From Asterias rubens (Eukaryota), in the NCBI RefSeq assembly GCF_902459465.1, contig NC_047076.1, positions 1,240,001-1,304,000 of the forward strand: a stretch of 64,000 nt of DNA, given 5' to 3'. The notes below the pieces were generated by a model. The model had not been told where the DNA came from. It ran no database searches and saw nothing but the letters and a program-made list of their open reading frames with translations. Within the stretch, counting starts at the first letter, position 1; the number at the start of each line of letters is the position of its first letter. The position numbers and the translations under genes are program-made. Positions 1-13,564 of the stretch are shown piece after piece.

Positions 1-239
1 TGCATGTAATGGTGTCATATATACATGTACGTAACATTTGATGTCAAATTTCCATGTGAAATGGATGCGAGGTAAAAGGTACATTTGTATGGATCCGGAC
101 TTAAGGCTGGTATTTGGCGTAATTCACGAAGTGTGACGTCAGATGTTCGGGCTACCCCTTCCCCTGCTACACTTTAACTTCCTTTCTTCAACCTTCAGGT
201 TTTCTTTAATGTATTAGCAAAACCTATTTATTGTTTCAG

Positions 240-3200
240 CATCATCAGTTGAGGCAGAAGAAATTCAATGAGATGGAGAAGAAGAAGAGACAAGAGAGAG
301 CTCTAAGGAGACGAGAAGAAGATGAGGAGGAGTATCGTCACTCTGTATCTCAACATATTGCCGTCAGTCTTGAGAAAGCTCAACAGCTTAGAGACAAGAA
401 AGACCACCAACAGGTCAAGGTTGGTGTGTTTCTTCTTCAATCCATCCATTTTGTTTTTCAACAGGCAATATATTTAAAAAAAATTATTGGTAACTTTCTT
501 CCTTATAAATTTACCTTAAAAAAGAAACATTCAAACTAGCATTAAAAAAATGCGTTTATGTTTTTTCAATGAACAACTTGACTTTCAACCCCATTTTTTC
601 TCAGTTTTGTTATCTCCGTCTCATGGGGTGTTTGTACTCCCAAATTAGTTATTAAAGCCATTGGACACTTTCGGAACAGAAAAAAAATCAAAAAGTTCAC
701 AGATTTACAAATAACTTACAGGGTTTACAGAAGGTAATGGTGAAAGACTTCTCTTGAAATATTATTCCATGAAATGCTTTACTTTTTGAGAAAACATTAA
801 AACAATATCAATTCTATTGAGAATACGGATTTATTTTAAACACACGTCAAGACACGGCCAATCGTGCGGAAACAAGGGTGGGTTTTCCCGTTATTTTCTT
901 CCCGACTCCGATGACCAATTGAGCCTAAATTTTCACAGGTTTGTTATTTTATATATAAGTTGTGATACACAAAGTGTGGGACTTGGACATTACTGATTAT
1001 CGAAAGTATCCAATGGCTTTAATGAGAAGGTCATGTTTGTTTGAATTAAATCAAATCTCTGTTTAGAGACCCAATATTGTCCAGCTTTGTCATCCAAATT
1101 AACTTTAAATCTGTCTCATTCACTAATTAATCACTCTCTCTCCATCTTTATACCTTTGATTTTGTCTTTGGTGTTTCTAACCTCTTGTGGTTATCTAGTC
1201 CCTTCCCTCTACCCCCACCCCCACCTTGTCTCTGTCTTTATTGTTCATCCTGTGCTTTTTGCTCTCTCTCTTGACTCTCTCTTTTTATTTATTTCCACTT
1301 GTTTGCTTCTGTTTATACACCATTGTACCTGCTTTTGTTTGTTGTGTTGTCGCAATTTAGCTTTAAGAAAGACTCTGCTGTGGTCCAAACTGCTTTTTTT
1401 TTGCATTTTTTTTGTTACACCACCAGGAACAAAAGCAGAGGCAAAGGCAGACAAAATTACGTCATTCATCGATGACAACCTCTCTAGATAAATATAATGA
1501 GTAAGTATTAGACTCTTAAGTCAGTGACACAATAGTTCACTATTTTCAGTTTGAATTTTACTATATTGTACTTGCAGCAAAAATTGCCACAATGCATCTT
1601 GAGAATGAAAAATAAATCACGACTTGTGTTGTAGTCGCGACTATTTAGGCGCAACAAGTCAAGAAGTAAATTTCACTAGTCGCCCAGGCCTACTTTGAGT
1701 GGTGGTAAATTCCACTTGAGTATTGAGTTTGGCCCAAGTATGAGTATTGAGTCAAAGTTTTACAACACTGCAGTTAGGCTAGAATCTGAAAAGAACAAAA
1801 TCTCGTTCCTCGATTGGGCAATATTTCTGAGCAGGACATTATTCTCCTTCTTCGTGTGGGCAATATTCCTCAGGGCTTATTCGTTTGTTTTTCAGAGAGC
1901 ATATAAAACACGTCCAATCTCGACGCAACCTGGAAAACCAACAATGGCTTCGTCAACATGAGATCAAAGTCAACAGGTGAGAGCGCTTTACAGTAATTGA
2001 AAACACATACATTTTAAGGGAGAGTTAGTAGGATTTGAAACTTTACATGGAGTATAATTAGGTGAGGTTTGCGGTAACACCATGTGCAAATCTCTTTTGA
2101 TTAGTGTTGGTTCTGAAAAGAACCATTGGTTGACAACTCAACATTTTTGATCAATATCTCGGTTTAAATAAATTAAACCAACTCTTTTAACTTTCTTTAT
2201 TTCAATGGTAACAGAAAGAAGGAGGAGAAGTTGCAAGAGAAGAGCAGTCAGTTACGTCAGAGCAATGACGAGGATATCCGCCAATGGCAGAATCATTTAC
2301 AGTATCATTCATTAATGGTAAATAGAACTAAATATTAAGCCGTCCTCCCCAGCCATGTCTTTACTTTTGTCAGTGTCCGATTTTTGTTTTCAATTTGAAC
2401 CCAGCTTTTTGAGGTTAATTAATTTCTGTATAACAAAGATACGCATCAGTCTTTCTATTCCAATTGGCTCAGCATCTGACTCTACTCGCCTCCTGGAACC
2501 TAAAGGCCGGTTTATATTCGGTCGTGCGATGGTCGCGCGATGGAAATCTTGATTTTTTTGATCAAGCGTCAAGATTTCAATCGCGCGACCGAATATAACT
2601 GGCTTTAACTCTGTCAAGCTTCTTAAGTCAGCATCAAGTCCCACTTTTCTCATATTGCTCCTCATACCTGGAATTCATTCACTATAGTAATCAGAGAGTT
2701 TAACCATTGCAAATTCAATAAGTGTAAAAGACAGTTGTTATACCCAATCTGACACGCAGCTTTCTTGTTCTTTGTCCAGTCTCAGCAGAGAGCTGTCCAA
2801 CAGGCTAATGAAACCATCCAATCTAAGGCCAGTAAAGCCAGACTGGCAAGACGATCTCGCGAACTCACCCACAAGGAACTCATTAAAAGGTCAGTCTTTG
2901 ATATCTTAGAATCCTCCTAGTTGATGACAGTGTTTTTTAATTTGTTTTAAACAATTTTATGAAAGATCCCTTAGGCAGCCGCTTCAAGGTGAGGGCTACC
3001 TGACATTTTTTTTGTGATGAGAAATTGGAAACTTTTATCTAAAATCAAACTTTTTATGTCTGTACGATGAACAAAAAAAATTCATAGCTCCGCTAACAGC
3101 TAAGTGCCGATTCTTTGGTCAAAGTAAGAAGAGCCATGTTATTGGGCCCTGCTTATGTTAATCGACCAGGTAGTGATATGCCACTAAAATACTATTACTC

Positions 3201-4394
3201 TTCAATTTGTGAGAAAACAGAATTAGCTGTTGCAAACAACCAAAGGACCGATGATAGAAAAGCTAAAAATAGTTAATGGCCCGACGTTTCAACACTAGCA
3301 GAGTCTTAAGCCTTCGAGAAAGATTCTGCTAGGGTCCAATCATCAGGCCAGTGATTATTTTTTTGCATTTTAATTTGTGTTTATTAAATTTTTTCCGAAC
3401 AGGGTTGAAGAGGATGATGCGATATTTAAAGAAACCATTAAGGAGGATTTAGCCTACAAGGAAATGAAGAGTCAATCACTGGCCGCTCAGAAGGAAGATG
3501 CCGTGATGAGATCTAGAGTGGCTGCTAGGGAGTCGGCCAAGATGAGAGACCAGATTAGGGAGAAGTACACAGGGTAAGTAATAAGAATAAAAATAATAAT
3601 AATAAGATGCTATGATGAGATGTAGAGTTGCTGCTAGGGAGTCGCCTAAGATGAGAGGTCAGATTAAGGAGAAGTCCACGGTGTAAGTCAAGCGGTGTTG
3701 TTGAAGTTAAGACCCATCTAGACAAACTTGAAATTTAGCTTGTTCGTACTCCACGTTACTAAGCATTCTTCTTCGACACAGCTAGCGTTGAAATTCGGTG
3801 AGTGCTTACACTGTGACTAAGCGGAGAACGGTGATCGTAAGCGCATAATACCCCAGTAAGCAGAGCCAGTTACATTAGGCCCTGATATGACACAAAAATA
3901 CAAAAGCCTTTGAATTCTAGCAGAGAAACAAAATTGGCGTGTTCAATTTTGACACGGCATCCTGCACCTGATGGTTAAAGGATCACCTGCAGCATTCTTC
4001 AAAAAATGTTGATAAATATTTTCTGTTTTATATTTGGTTTGCGGTAACACTATGTGTGTATCTACTTTCCAGGTAGAGTTTGTTCTAAGAGAACTGTCTT
4101 GCTTAATTCTACCACCGCAGGTAGATTTATCGGATGTTCGGGAGACTTCTCAGTTCTGAAAAAAAAATTCCTGCTTTTTAACTACTACCCAGGCGGAAGG
4201 TATAGAAAATTGGCTGGGACTACTACCGCAAACCCAATATATATTGATACCTCACCATGCATTGCTTCAAATCCTATATTTTCTGTTTTGATAGGACTTT
4301 TGATAAGATGGTTGAGAGAGCACGTCACCAAGCAACTGTAGGAAGAGGACCTCAGATGTCTACCAAGAACTACTCCTCATTCACACTCACCTAA
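240..4394 (+). CDS. CCDC177: Coiled-coil domain-containing protein 177-like (CCDC177/CCDC185, DUF4659 family), 3' part; the 5' end lies upstream of the window
   Basis: Seven AG/GT-bounded exons that join in phase: 240-419, 1427-1500, 1896-1976, 2215-2317, 2780-2889, 3403-3573, 4295-4394 (TAA 4392-4394). The product is an E/K/R/Q-rich coiled coil ending ...RESAKMRDQIREKYTGTFDKMVERARHQATVGRG..., resembling the CCDC177 C-terminus ([26 protein letters not shown]). The first exon's donor could be 413 instead of 419. Confidence 0.75.
656..1018. mobile_element. Non-autonomous DNA transposon (MITE) with TTAA target duplication, Kolobok-like termini
   Basis: TTAA|AGCCATTGGACACTTTCG...CGAAAGTATCCAATGGCT|TTAA. 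An inverted sister copy lies at 25311-25669. Confidence 0.8.
2504..2605. mobile_element. PIF/Harbinger-like MITE inserted in an old L2/CR1-like LINE 3' fragment
   Basis: TIRs AGGCCGGTTTATATTCGGTCG / CGACCGAATATAACTGGCTT with a TAA duplication. The flanks translate to TRLLEPNSVKLLKSA...FSHIAPHTWNS, like LINE RT C-termini. Confidence 0.6.
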
Positions 4395-4727
4395 ACAAGA
4401 AGGAGCATCTTCAAGAATTGAAATCTGCATCTTCAAGGAAGGTCTCAACTTGGTGAATCTTTCAACGCTGCTCAGCAAGCAAATTTGTTATAACTACCTG
4501 GATTCCTTGACCAAACAGAACTTTGAATGGACGCTTTTTGGACGCTAGGTGCGGCAGACTTATCATTGTTCAAGGTAATATGTGCACACTCAGAACTACG
4601 CAAGTAAAGGAATTTTAGCTGGTAAGTCTGCTGCCACCTAGTGTTTTAAAGTCTCCCATTGATACCACCTTGAGAGATATAAGATGTTGGGCAAGATGAT
4701 ATAAAGACTTCATCCTGCAGTGGTTAA

Positions 4728-5107
4728 AGGCAGTGGACACTAGTGGTAATTGATCAAAATATTTGTTAGCACAAAACCTTACTTGGTAACGAGTAATGGG
4801 GAGAGGTTGATAGTATAAAACCTTGTGAGAAATGGCTCCTTCTGAAGTCAACGTAGTTTTTGAGAGAGAAGTAATTTCCATTGAATTTGATTTCGAGACC
4901 TTAGATTAAGAATTTGAGGTCTCGAAATCAAGCATCTGAATAGGCACAACTTCGTGTGACAAGAGTGCTTTTTCTTTCATTAATGTCTCGCAACTTCGAT
5001 GACCGATTGAGCTCTAATTTTCACAGGTTTGTTATTTTATGCATGTTGTTGAGATAGAGCAAGTGAGAAGACTGGTCTTTGACAATTACCAATAGTGTCC
5101 AGTGTCT
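4728..5107. mobile_element. TTAA-family MITE (AGGCAGTGGACAC...GTGTCCAGTGTCT)
   Basis: Same family as 25893-26261, 32261-32644 and 29361-29705, with partial or inverted copies at about 11095-11305, 43230-43595, 43795-43980 and 44620-44950. Confidence 0.8.
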
Positions 5108-5249
5108 TTCATCAAGGGTCTGAGCGTTCTTGGCAAAGATAAACATTTTCTAAGGGAAAAAACATTCGCTCTGATTTAAAGCCAGTTTAGATTGAAGGCT
5201 TGTGTGATGACAAAAGATACTAAACTTAAAGTTTGAACATTATATCACC

Positions 5250-5684
5250 ATACCTTATAGCACTGAGCTATACCTTATAGCACTGAACTATACCTTATAG
5301 CACTGAAATATAACTTATAGCACTGAACTATAACACTGAACTATAACTTATAGCACTGAGCTATACCTTACAGCGCTGAAGTTTACCTTATAGCACAGAA
5401 CTATACCTTATAGCACTGAACTATAACTTATAGCACTGAACTATACCTTATAGCACTGAACTATAACTTATAGCACTGAACTATACCTTACAGCGCTGAA
5501 GTATACCTTATAGCACAGAACTATACCTTATAGCACTGAACTATAACTTATAGCACTGAACTATACCTTATAGCACTAAACTATACCTTATAGCACTGAA
5601 CTATACCTTATAGCACTGAACTATAACTTATAGCACTGAACTATACTTTATAGCACTGAACTATACCTTATAGCACTGAACTAT
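5250..5684. repeat. 20-bp minisatellite (CTATACCTTATAGCACTGAA)n, about 21 copies
   Basis: Directly visible tandem array with minor variants. Confidence 0.95.
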
Positions 5685-6060
5685 GTAAAAGAGTTCACTT
5701 AAGTTTGCACATAATTGTGAATTCCTTTTAACATGTTTAACAGTGTTTTCATTGCCAATAGACAACTTTCATAACACGCACTTTTCTATGCACCAGGACA
5801 GATATCATCCAATGATCTGCTTTCTTTTTCCTCAACGAGGGCGCTGTTTGAGGGTCTTTTTAGCAAGGGGGTTACAACTTGTTGTATCCTTGGAGTTTTT
5901 AAACTTCCTCGTTTAAATACTTTTGTATAAATACTAGTGTACAGCACAGATGGAGAGTAAAATAGCAGTTAATTCAAGTGGTCAGTGGTTTGTCTTGAAT
6001 TGTTAGGTGAGTTTTATTTTTGCTGGAGGATGTAATGCTTATAAACGATTGTGAAGGCTT

Positions 6061-9000
6061 GGACAAAAATGCTGGACTTACCCCTTGTGATTTTTTTCAA
6101 TTTTAGGCTAAAAGTTTAGGCCAAAAATGTACAAAAAAGCTGGACTTACGCCTTGTAATTTTTCAAACTTTATGCCAAAAATTTACAAAAATGCTTGACT
6201 TGCCCCTTGTGATTTTTTTATTTTTAAGCCAAACATGGACAAAAATGCTGGACTTACCCCTTTGATTTTGCCAATTTTATGCCAAATATTGACAAAAATG
6301 CTGGCTTTACCCCTTGTGATTTTTTTTCAATTTTAAGCCAAAAATGGACAAAATGCTCATCAAATTTTGCCTGAAGATGTTCACAAGGCCTTATCAAGTT
6401 TTTCTTGAAAATGTTCACAAGGCTATACGTGTAAATATAGCCTTGTGAATTTATCAAATTTTGCATGAGAATGTTCACAAAAGAAATTATCAAATTTTGC
6501 TTGAAAATGTACAGTGTGAATTTATCAAATTTTGCAAGAAAATGTTCACAAGGTTATAGCCTTGTGAATTTATCAAATTTTGCAAGAAAATGTTCACAAG
6601 GCTTATATAGCCTTGTGAATTAATCAAATTTTGCAAGAAAATGTTCACAAGGCTATAGCCTTGTGAATTAATCAAATTTTGCAAGAAAATAATTACAAGG
6701 CTATAGCCTTGTGAATTAATCAAATTTTGCAAGAAAATGTTCGCAAGGCCTTGTGAATTAATCAAATTTTGCAAGAAAATGTTCACAAGGCTATAGCCTT
6801 GTGAACTTATCATATTTTGCAAGAAAATGTTCACAAGGCCTTGTGAATTTATCATATTTTGCAAGAAAATGTTCACAAGGCTATAGCCTTGTGAATTAAT
6901 CAAATTTTGCAAGAAAATATTCACAAGGCTTATAGCCTTGTGAATTAATCAAATTTTGCAAGAAAATTTTGCAAGAAAATGTGAACTTATCATATTTTGC
7001 AAGAAAATATTCACAAGGCTATGGCCTTGTGAATTAATCAAATTTTGCAAGAAAATATTCACAAGGCTATAGCCTTGTGAATTTATCAAATTTTGCAAGA
7101 AAATATTCACAAGGCTATAGCCTTGTGAATTAATCAAATTTTGCAAGAAAATTTTGCAAGAAAATGTGAACTTATCATATTTTGCAAGAAAATGTTCACA
7201 AGGCTATAGCCTTGTGAATTAATCAAATTTTGCAAGAAAATGTGAACTTATCATATTTTGTAAGAAAATATTCACAAGGCTATAGCCTTGTGAATTTATC
7301 AAATTTTGCAAGAAAATTTTGCAAGAAAATGTGAACTTATCATATTTTGCAAGAAAATATTCACAAGGCTATAGCCTTGTGAACTTATCATATTTTGCAA
7401 GAAAATGTTCACAAGGCTATAGCCTTGTGAACTAATCAAATTTTGCAAGAAAATATTCACAAGGCTATATAGCCTTGTGAATTTATCAAATTTTGCAAGA
7501 AAATGTTCACAAGGCTATAGCCTTGTGAATTAATCAAATTTTGCAAGAAAATATTCACAAGGCTATAGCCTTGTGAATTAATCAAATTTTGCAAGAAAAT
7601 GTTCACAAGGCTATAGCCTTGTGAATTAATCAAATTTTGCAAGAAAATGTTCACAAGGCTATAGCCTTGTGAATTTATCAAATTTTGCAAGAAAATGTTC
7701 ACAAGGCTTGTGAATTAATCAAATTTTGCAATAAAATATTCACAAGGCTATAGCCTTGTGAATTAATCAAATTTTGCAAGAAAATGTGAACTTATCATAT
7801 TTTGCAAGAAAATATTCACAAGGCTATAGCCTTGTGAATTAATCAAATTTTGCAAGAAAATATTCACAAGGCTATAGCCTTGTGAATTAATCAAATTTTG
7901 CAAGAAAATTTTGCAAGAAAATGTGAACTTATCATATTTTGCAAGAAAATATTCACAAGACTATAGCCTTGTGAACTTATCATGTTTTGCAAGAAAATGT
8001 TCATGTGAACTTATCATATTTTGCAAGAAAATATTCACAAGGCTATAGCCTTGTGAATTAATCAAATTTTGCAAGAAAATTTTGCAAGAAAATGTGAATT
8101 AATCAAATTTTGCAAGAAAATATTCACAAGGCTATAGCCTTGTGAATTAATCAAATTTTGCAAGAAAATTTTGCAAGAAAATGTGAACTTATCATATTTT
8201 GTAAGAAAATATTCACAAGGTGAATTAATCAAATTTTGCAAGAAAATATTCACAAGGCTATAGCCTTGTGAATTTATCATATTTTGCAAGAAAATATTCA
8301 CAAGGCTATAGCCTTGTGAACTTATCATATTTTGCAAGAAAATGTTCACAAGGCTATAGCCTTGTGAATTTATCAAATTTTGCAAGAAAATTTTGCAAGA
8401 AAATGTGAATTAATCAAATTTTGCAAGAAAATATTCACAAGGCTATAGCCTTGTGAATTAATCAAATTTTGCAAGAAAATTTTGCAAGAAAATGTGAACT
8501 TATCATATTTTGCAAGAAAATATTCACAAGGCTATAGCCTTGTGAATTAATCAAATTTTGCAAGAAAATGTGAACTTATCATATTTTGTAAGAAAATATT
8601 CACAAGGTGAATTAATCAAATTTTGCAAGAAAATATTCACAAGTGTGAATTAATCAAATTTTGCAAGAAAATATTCACAAGGCTTATATTATAGCCTTGT
8701 GAATTAATCAAATTTTGCAAGAAAATTTTGCAAGAAAATGTGAATTAATCAAATTTTGCAAGAAAATATTCACAAGGCTATAGCCTTGTGAATTAATCAA
8801 ATTTTGCAAGAAAATTTTGCAAGAAAATGTGAACTTATCATATTTTGCAAGAAAATATTCACAAGGCTATAGCCTTGTGAATTAATCAAATTTTGCAAGA
8901 AAATGTGAACTTATCATATTTTGCAAGAAAATGTTCACAAGGCTATATAGCCTTGTGAATTAATCAAATTTTGCAAGAAAATATTCACAAGGCTATAGCC

Positions 9001-9281
9001 TTGTGAATTAATCAAATTTTGCAAGAAAATTTATCAAATTTTGCAAGAAAATGTTCACAAGGCTATAGCCTATCAAATTTTGCAAGAAAATATTCACAAG
9101 GCTATATATAGCCTTGTGAATTAATCAAATTTGGGCCTTGTGAACATTTTCTGCAAAAAAATTAACTTTTTCAGGCAAAATTTGAGAGTTCACAAGGCTA
9201 TCTATATAGCCTTGTGAACATTTTCAAGAAAAATTTGATAAGGTCACAAGGACAAAAATGCTGGACTTACCCCTTGTGATT
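6061..9281. repeat. About 3.2 kb satellite block: 48-bp palindrome-containing unit, flanked by a second repeat type
   Basis: Core unit TTGTGAATTAATCAAATTTTGCAAGAAAATATTCACAAGGCTATAGCC, with variants, at about 6360-9130. About five copies of a roughly 57-60-bp GGACAAAAATGCTGGACTTACCCCTTGTGA unit at 6061-6340 and one copy at 9250-9281. Confidence 0.95.
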
Positions 9282-9479
9282 CGGACAAAATTGCATGGCT
9301 TAGGTAAGGGCTAATAAAATATCATATAATAAAAAACTCATATAAATGCAAATGATTTCACCAGTTGCAACATCGGTTTGTTTCAAATCTTTTATTTTTG
9401 ATTGAATACAAAACGTATATTGCAAATTGTGAGAATTAACCCAGTCAATTTGTAAATCCTTTTAAATTCAAAATTTTAA

Positions 9480-9820
9480 AGGAACACGTTGCCTTGGATC
9501 GGACGATTTGGTCTACAAAAAGTTAGAAAGATGTTTTAAAAGTAGAATACAATGATCTACACAATATGCCTTGAAATTGTGTGGTTTTCCTTTTACGTCG
9601 CGAACTAACACGGTCGGCCATTTATGGGAGTCAATAAATGGCAGACCGTGTTAGTCCACGAGGTGAAAGGAAAACCACACGATTTCAAGGCATATTGTGT
9701 AAATCATTGTATTCTACTTTAAAACATCTTTCTAACCATCTAACCATATGCATTTCATAACAAACGGTTTTCAAACGCTTTTTATAGACCAACTCGCCCG
9801 ATCCAAGGCAACGTGTTCCT
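9480..9820. mobile_element. TTAA-family MITE with long TIRs
   Basis: TTAA|AGGAACACGTTGCCTTGGATCGG...CCGATCCAAGGCAACGTGTTCCT|TTAA, plus internal inverted repeats. Confidence 0.85.
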
Positions 9821-12800
9821 TTAACTTACACTTACCAACCATCTTCCCAATGATACCCTTCCAACAGTAACTCAAAATACATGATTTCTTACATTGAATT
9901 TTTTACACCAATTTTAAAAATATCTTCCCTATAATTAAAATATATCTCTGGATATAAGTGGCACCTCAACATTATTTCAAGATAATTAAATTACAGATAC
10001 TTCATTTGCATAACTGGCATAGAACCTTCAAAGATAAGAGGTAGCTGCCTCTGAAAGTAAGAAACAAAATTTTTTTGAAGATGTAAACAATATTAAGAAT
10101 AATGAGAGTGACATCTTAATTATGCGCCCAAATTTGTAACTCCTTGTACTCATGGCGCTTGATCATTATTAGCGCAAAGCCATACCATAAACCATCTCAG
10201 CTCCCGTACCTACGTTGCCATTAAGTAGTGCATTAAGTTAAATCATTCACAAGAACCATCTTTGCCCTCACAGATACCCATTCACTCCTGGGCGAAGAAG
10301 CAATTATAGTTAAAGGAACATTACAGAATTGGTTTTTGCTAACTAAACAGTTTTTGGCAGTGTAAGCACTGTATGTAATCCAACCATTTAACTGACAAAC
10401 CTGTAGAAGTTTGAGATCGATCAGCCCTCTGGGTCACAAGAAAATAGTGAAAAAAAACATTGCATCGATGCCAAAACAAAAATGAATGAAACACTCACTG
10501 AGCGATAAACTCCAAACGCGGAATTAGATTAATTATTTCCCATCAAATAATGACATTTCAGACAGAAATATTTCCAGGGATGTTTTCAACATCATCATCA
10601 TTAGACTGTGTAAGTTTTATGTAAATCTGTGATCTTAACGATTTTTGTTTCTTACCAATTCTGTAACATTCCTTTAAGTGTCTTGTTCGAGGACATAAAG
10701 TTTCGTGACTGGGATTCGAACCAATACCCTGATGACTTGAAGCCACCAGAACAAGAGTCCGATGCACTAAACCAAAGAACACCAACCTCCAGAGACTAAC
10801 GGACTAAGTTGTCCTCAAAACTGGTTCAAAAAAAGCATGAGATTTCCTGTTATTTTAGTTTGCTCTTTTGTACAAATTGTGTAATCACTGGTTTTCCATT
10901 TCGCTTCTTGAAGAAACGTAGCTAAACAAGCCTTTATATGGGGATACCATATAATCAAAAAAGGGATATAAGAATAATAATTTGTTATAATTTAGTACTA
11001 TAATTTAAATAATAATTGAATAGTACTTCAATGAAAAATAATCATCCTCTGTCATTCAAAACAATGTATCAAACCTTATAGTTCTAGAATTTAGAATTTG
11101 AGGTCTCGAAAACAAGCATTTGAAAGCACACAAATTCGTGTGACCATGGTGCGACAAGGTTTTTTTTTCTTCTTTCATTAATATCTCGCAGATTCGGCGA
11201 TCGATTGAGCTCAAATCTTCACAGGTTTGTTAATTATGCACATGTTGAGATACACCAACTGTGAAGACTAGTCTTTGACAATTACCGTAGTGTCCAGTGT
11301 CTTTAAATAGTCTAGTACCTGTTTGTATAATCAGTTATTATAATATAAATAGAATACAGGAAACAAGACAAGGCTGGCGTCAAACGGTTTTTGTTCTTCA
11401 CAACTTCACTTAGTACTGATTAAAAATAAGTTTATACACCTAAAATGTAATGCCCCAAAGTATAATACTTGTGTGATAATTGTTATAGTACTAGTTATAC
11501 TATGTATAACAATATCCAGTAGTTGTTCAAAAAAACTAACTCTTGTCTTGAAGTACCATCATTGAACATTTGGTGGATTAGTGTTCAGCTTTTGAACCAT
11601 GAAAAAGCAGTTTTTGATGAAAATGGTTATGCAAAGTTGTCAGAAGCGAGGAAAAGTGCATAAATGGATAGTTTAATACATCAAGTAGCCCCCCCCCCAA
11701 AAAAAAATAATAATAATAAAAAATAAAAATAAAAATTACTAAATAATAATAAACACCCACCATTTCCATTTTAAGTTGGATTTGAAACTTTTGCTTGCAC
11801 GGTGGAAGAATAACTAGGTGAGGTTTGCAATAGCACCATGTATAAATCTCTTTTGGGTATAGTGTTGGTTCTAAAAAGAACCGGTGGTTAACAACTCAAT
11901 GTTTCGATCAGTTTGCTCTAATAATAATAATAAACGAGACTTATAAAGCGCATTTTACAAAATCATCTTCAGGAGAACTTTTCTATTCTACATCTTTTAA
12001 AGCAGCGCCCTTTACTCAGGAAAAATGGAAGACCTATATCTAAGATATAATGAAGACCAAGTCATGAAAACTTGCCCGTCAAGACACTAGTAAAACAATT
12101 TCATGCCAAGAAACTTGGTAGGACAAAAATGGTGTAAATACACTTTTCTACACTGCAATCAAAACGGTTTAAAGAAGAAAGAAAAATACCCAAGAATTCA
12201 GTACGTCAGCTCCTTAAAGATCTGCTATTTATAGGCAAGATGCTGGAAAGGAAAAAATTAATGAAAACCCCAGTCATTTCATTCATGATCCGAGTACACT
12301 TTAAAAGTGATAAAATTGTCCCTGTCCCCAAAACCTTGAATGTTAACCGGTAGGTAAGAACATACAAATTCTTAAAAACAAATACTTTCCGTTCGCCAGT
12401 TCCCTTTGAATTTCACAGTAGTTCACACGATTGAAATACTAACGGCAAAATAAACCTTGGGTTTTTGGAAACGGTTTGATTGTTTAACTCCTATATAAAC
12501 GGAGATTATATACAATAAAACAAACATGTGAAAATTTCATTTCAAAAGGTGGAAGCAAGATAGCACAAATAAATCTAAAAGCAGTCATATCCAACGCAGG
12601 AAGAATAATTTGTAATTGGAATACAAAATCTGAGAAACTTTTCTATCAATAATATTTCTCAGACTGAAATGTTTTTAAATCCCTCTCTCTAAAACCACAT
12701 TCCTTAGAAGGGAATTCTTTCTCAAAATGTTATGATATACATTATCAACAGCTGCAGTGATTCTTGCCAAGTCAGATTTTTTTGGTCATTAATTTTTTGA

Positions 12801-13102
12801 GCAAATACCAAGGAATACTCTCTTTTTAGGTTAGTACTGGTTCACTGGTTCCCAAAGAACTTGCCATTAGTTGGTCCCTTGAATACATAGGTTATTCTAT
12901 TAAGCTCCACCGGAGCGACAAGTAAACGCAGACATTTTCTAGAAATTACTGGCTTCCTGTCTCAAAGACGGCACCTTCAACTGGTACCCTGTCAATCACT
13001 GATAACATTTTGAATGCTATATGCTCGCTTCCCTAAATTTCAATGTTCACTGGTTCCAAGAAATTATACAATGGTACCCAGCACATTCAAGTAGCTTAAC
13101 AA

Positions 13103-13564
13103 TCACTGGTACTCCGTATTCAAATGAGGTCATCTTACACTGTTAGTATCTAATTTAGATCTACATAGGAACCAGGGAAGTTTCCTGCCCATTCAAGAAG
13201 CTTACCTTCCTTCACTGGTACTCTGTATTCAAATGAGGTGATCTTGCATTGTTGTTTCAGAGTAGATCTACAAAGGAACCGGGGAAGTTTCCCGATCACT
13301 GGTAGTCGGTGTTCAAATAAGGTTATCTTACACTGTTGTTTCAGAGTAGGTCGACATAGTAACCGGGGAAGTTTCCTTCCCAGTCAAGAAGCTTACCAAT
13401 CACTGGTAGTCGGTATTCAAATAAGGTAATCTTACACTGTTGTTTCAGAGTAGATCTACAAAGGAACCGGGGAAGTTTCCCGATCACTGGTAGTCGGTAT
13501 TCAAATAAGGTAATCTTACACTGTTGTTTCAGAGTAGATCTACATAGGAACCAGGGAAGTTTCC
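13103..13564. repeat. Five tandem copies of an about 81-bp unit containing the NOSTRIN C-terminal codons, stop codon and proximal 3'UTR
   Basis: Copies at about 13103-13185, 13212-13292, 13296-13376, 13400-13480 and 13484-13564 (the last is the real CDS copy). Confidence 0.93.

Noticed and set aside
1087-1491. 134-aa hydrophobic ORF
   Set aside because: Pyrimidine-rich intron sequence running out of frame through a real CCDC177 exon.
6490-8385. ORFs with repeated LVNIFLQNLINSQGYS
   Set aside because: Translation of a 48-bp (3n) satellite unit; frames break irregularly and there is no gene context.
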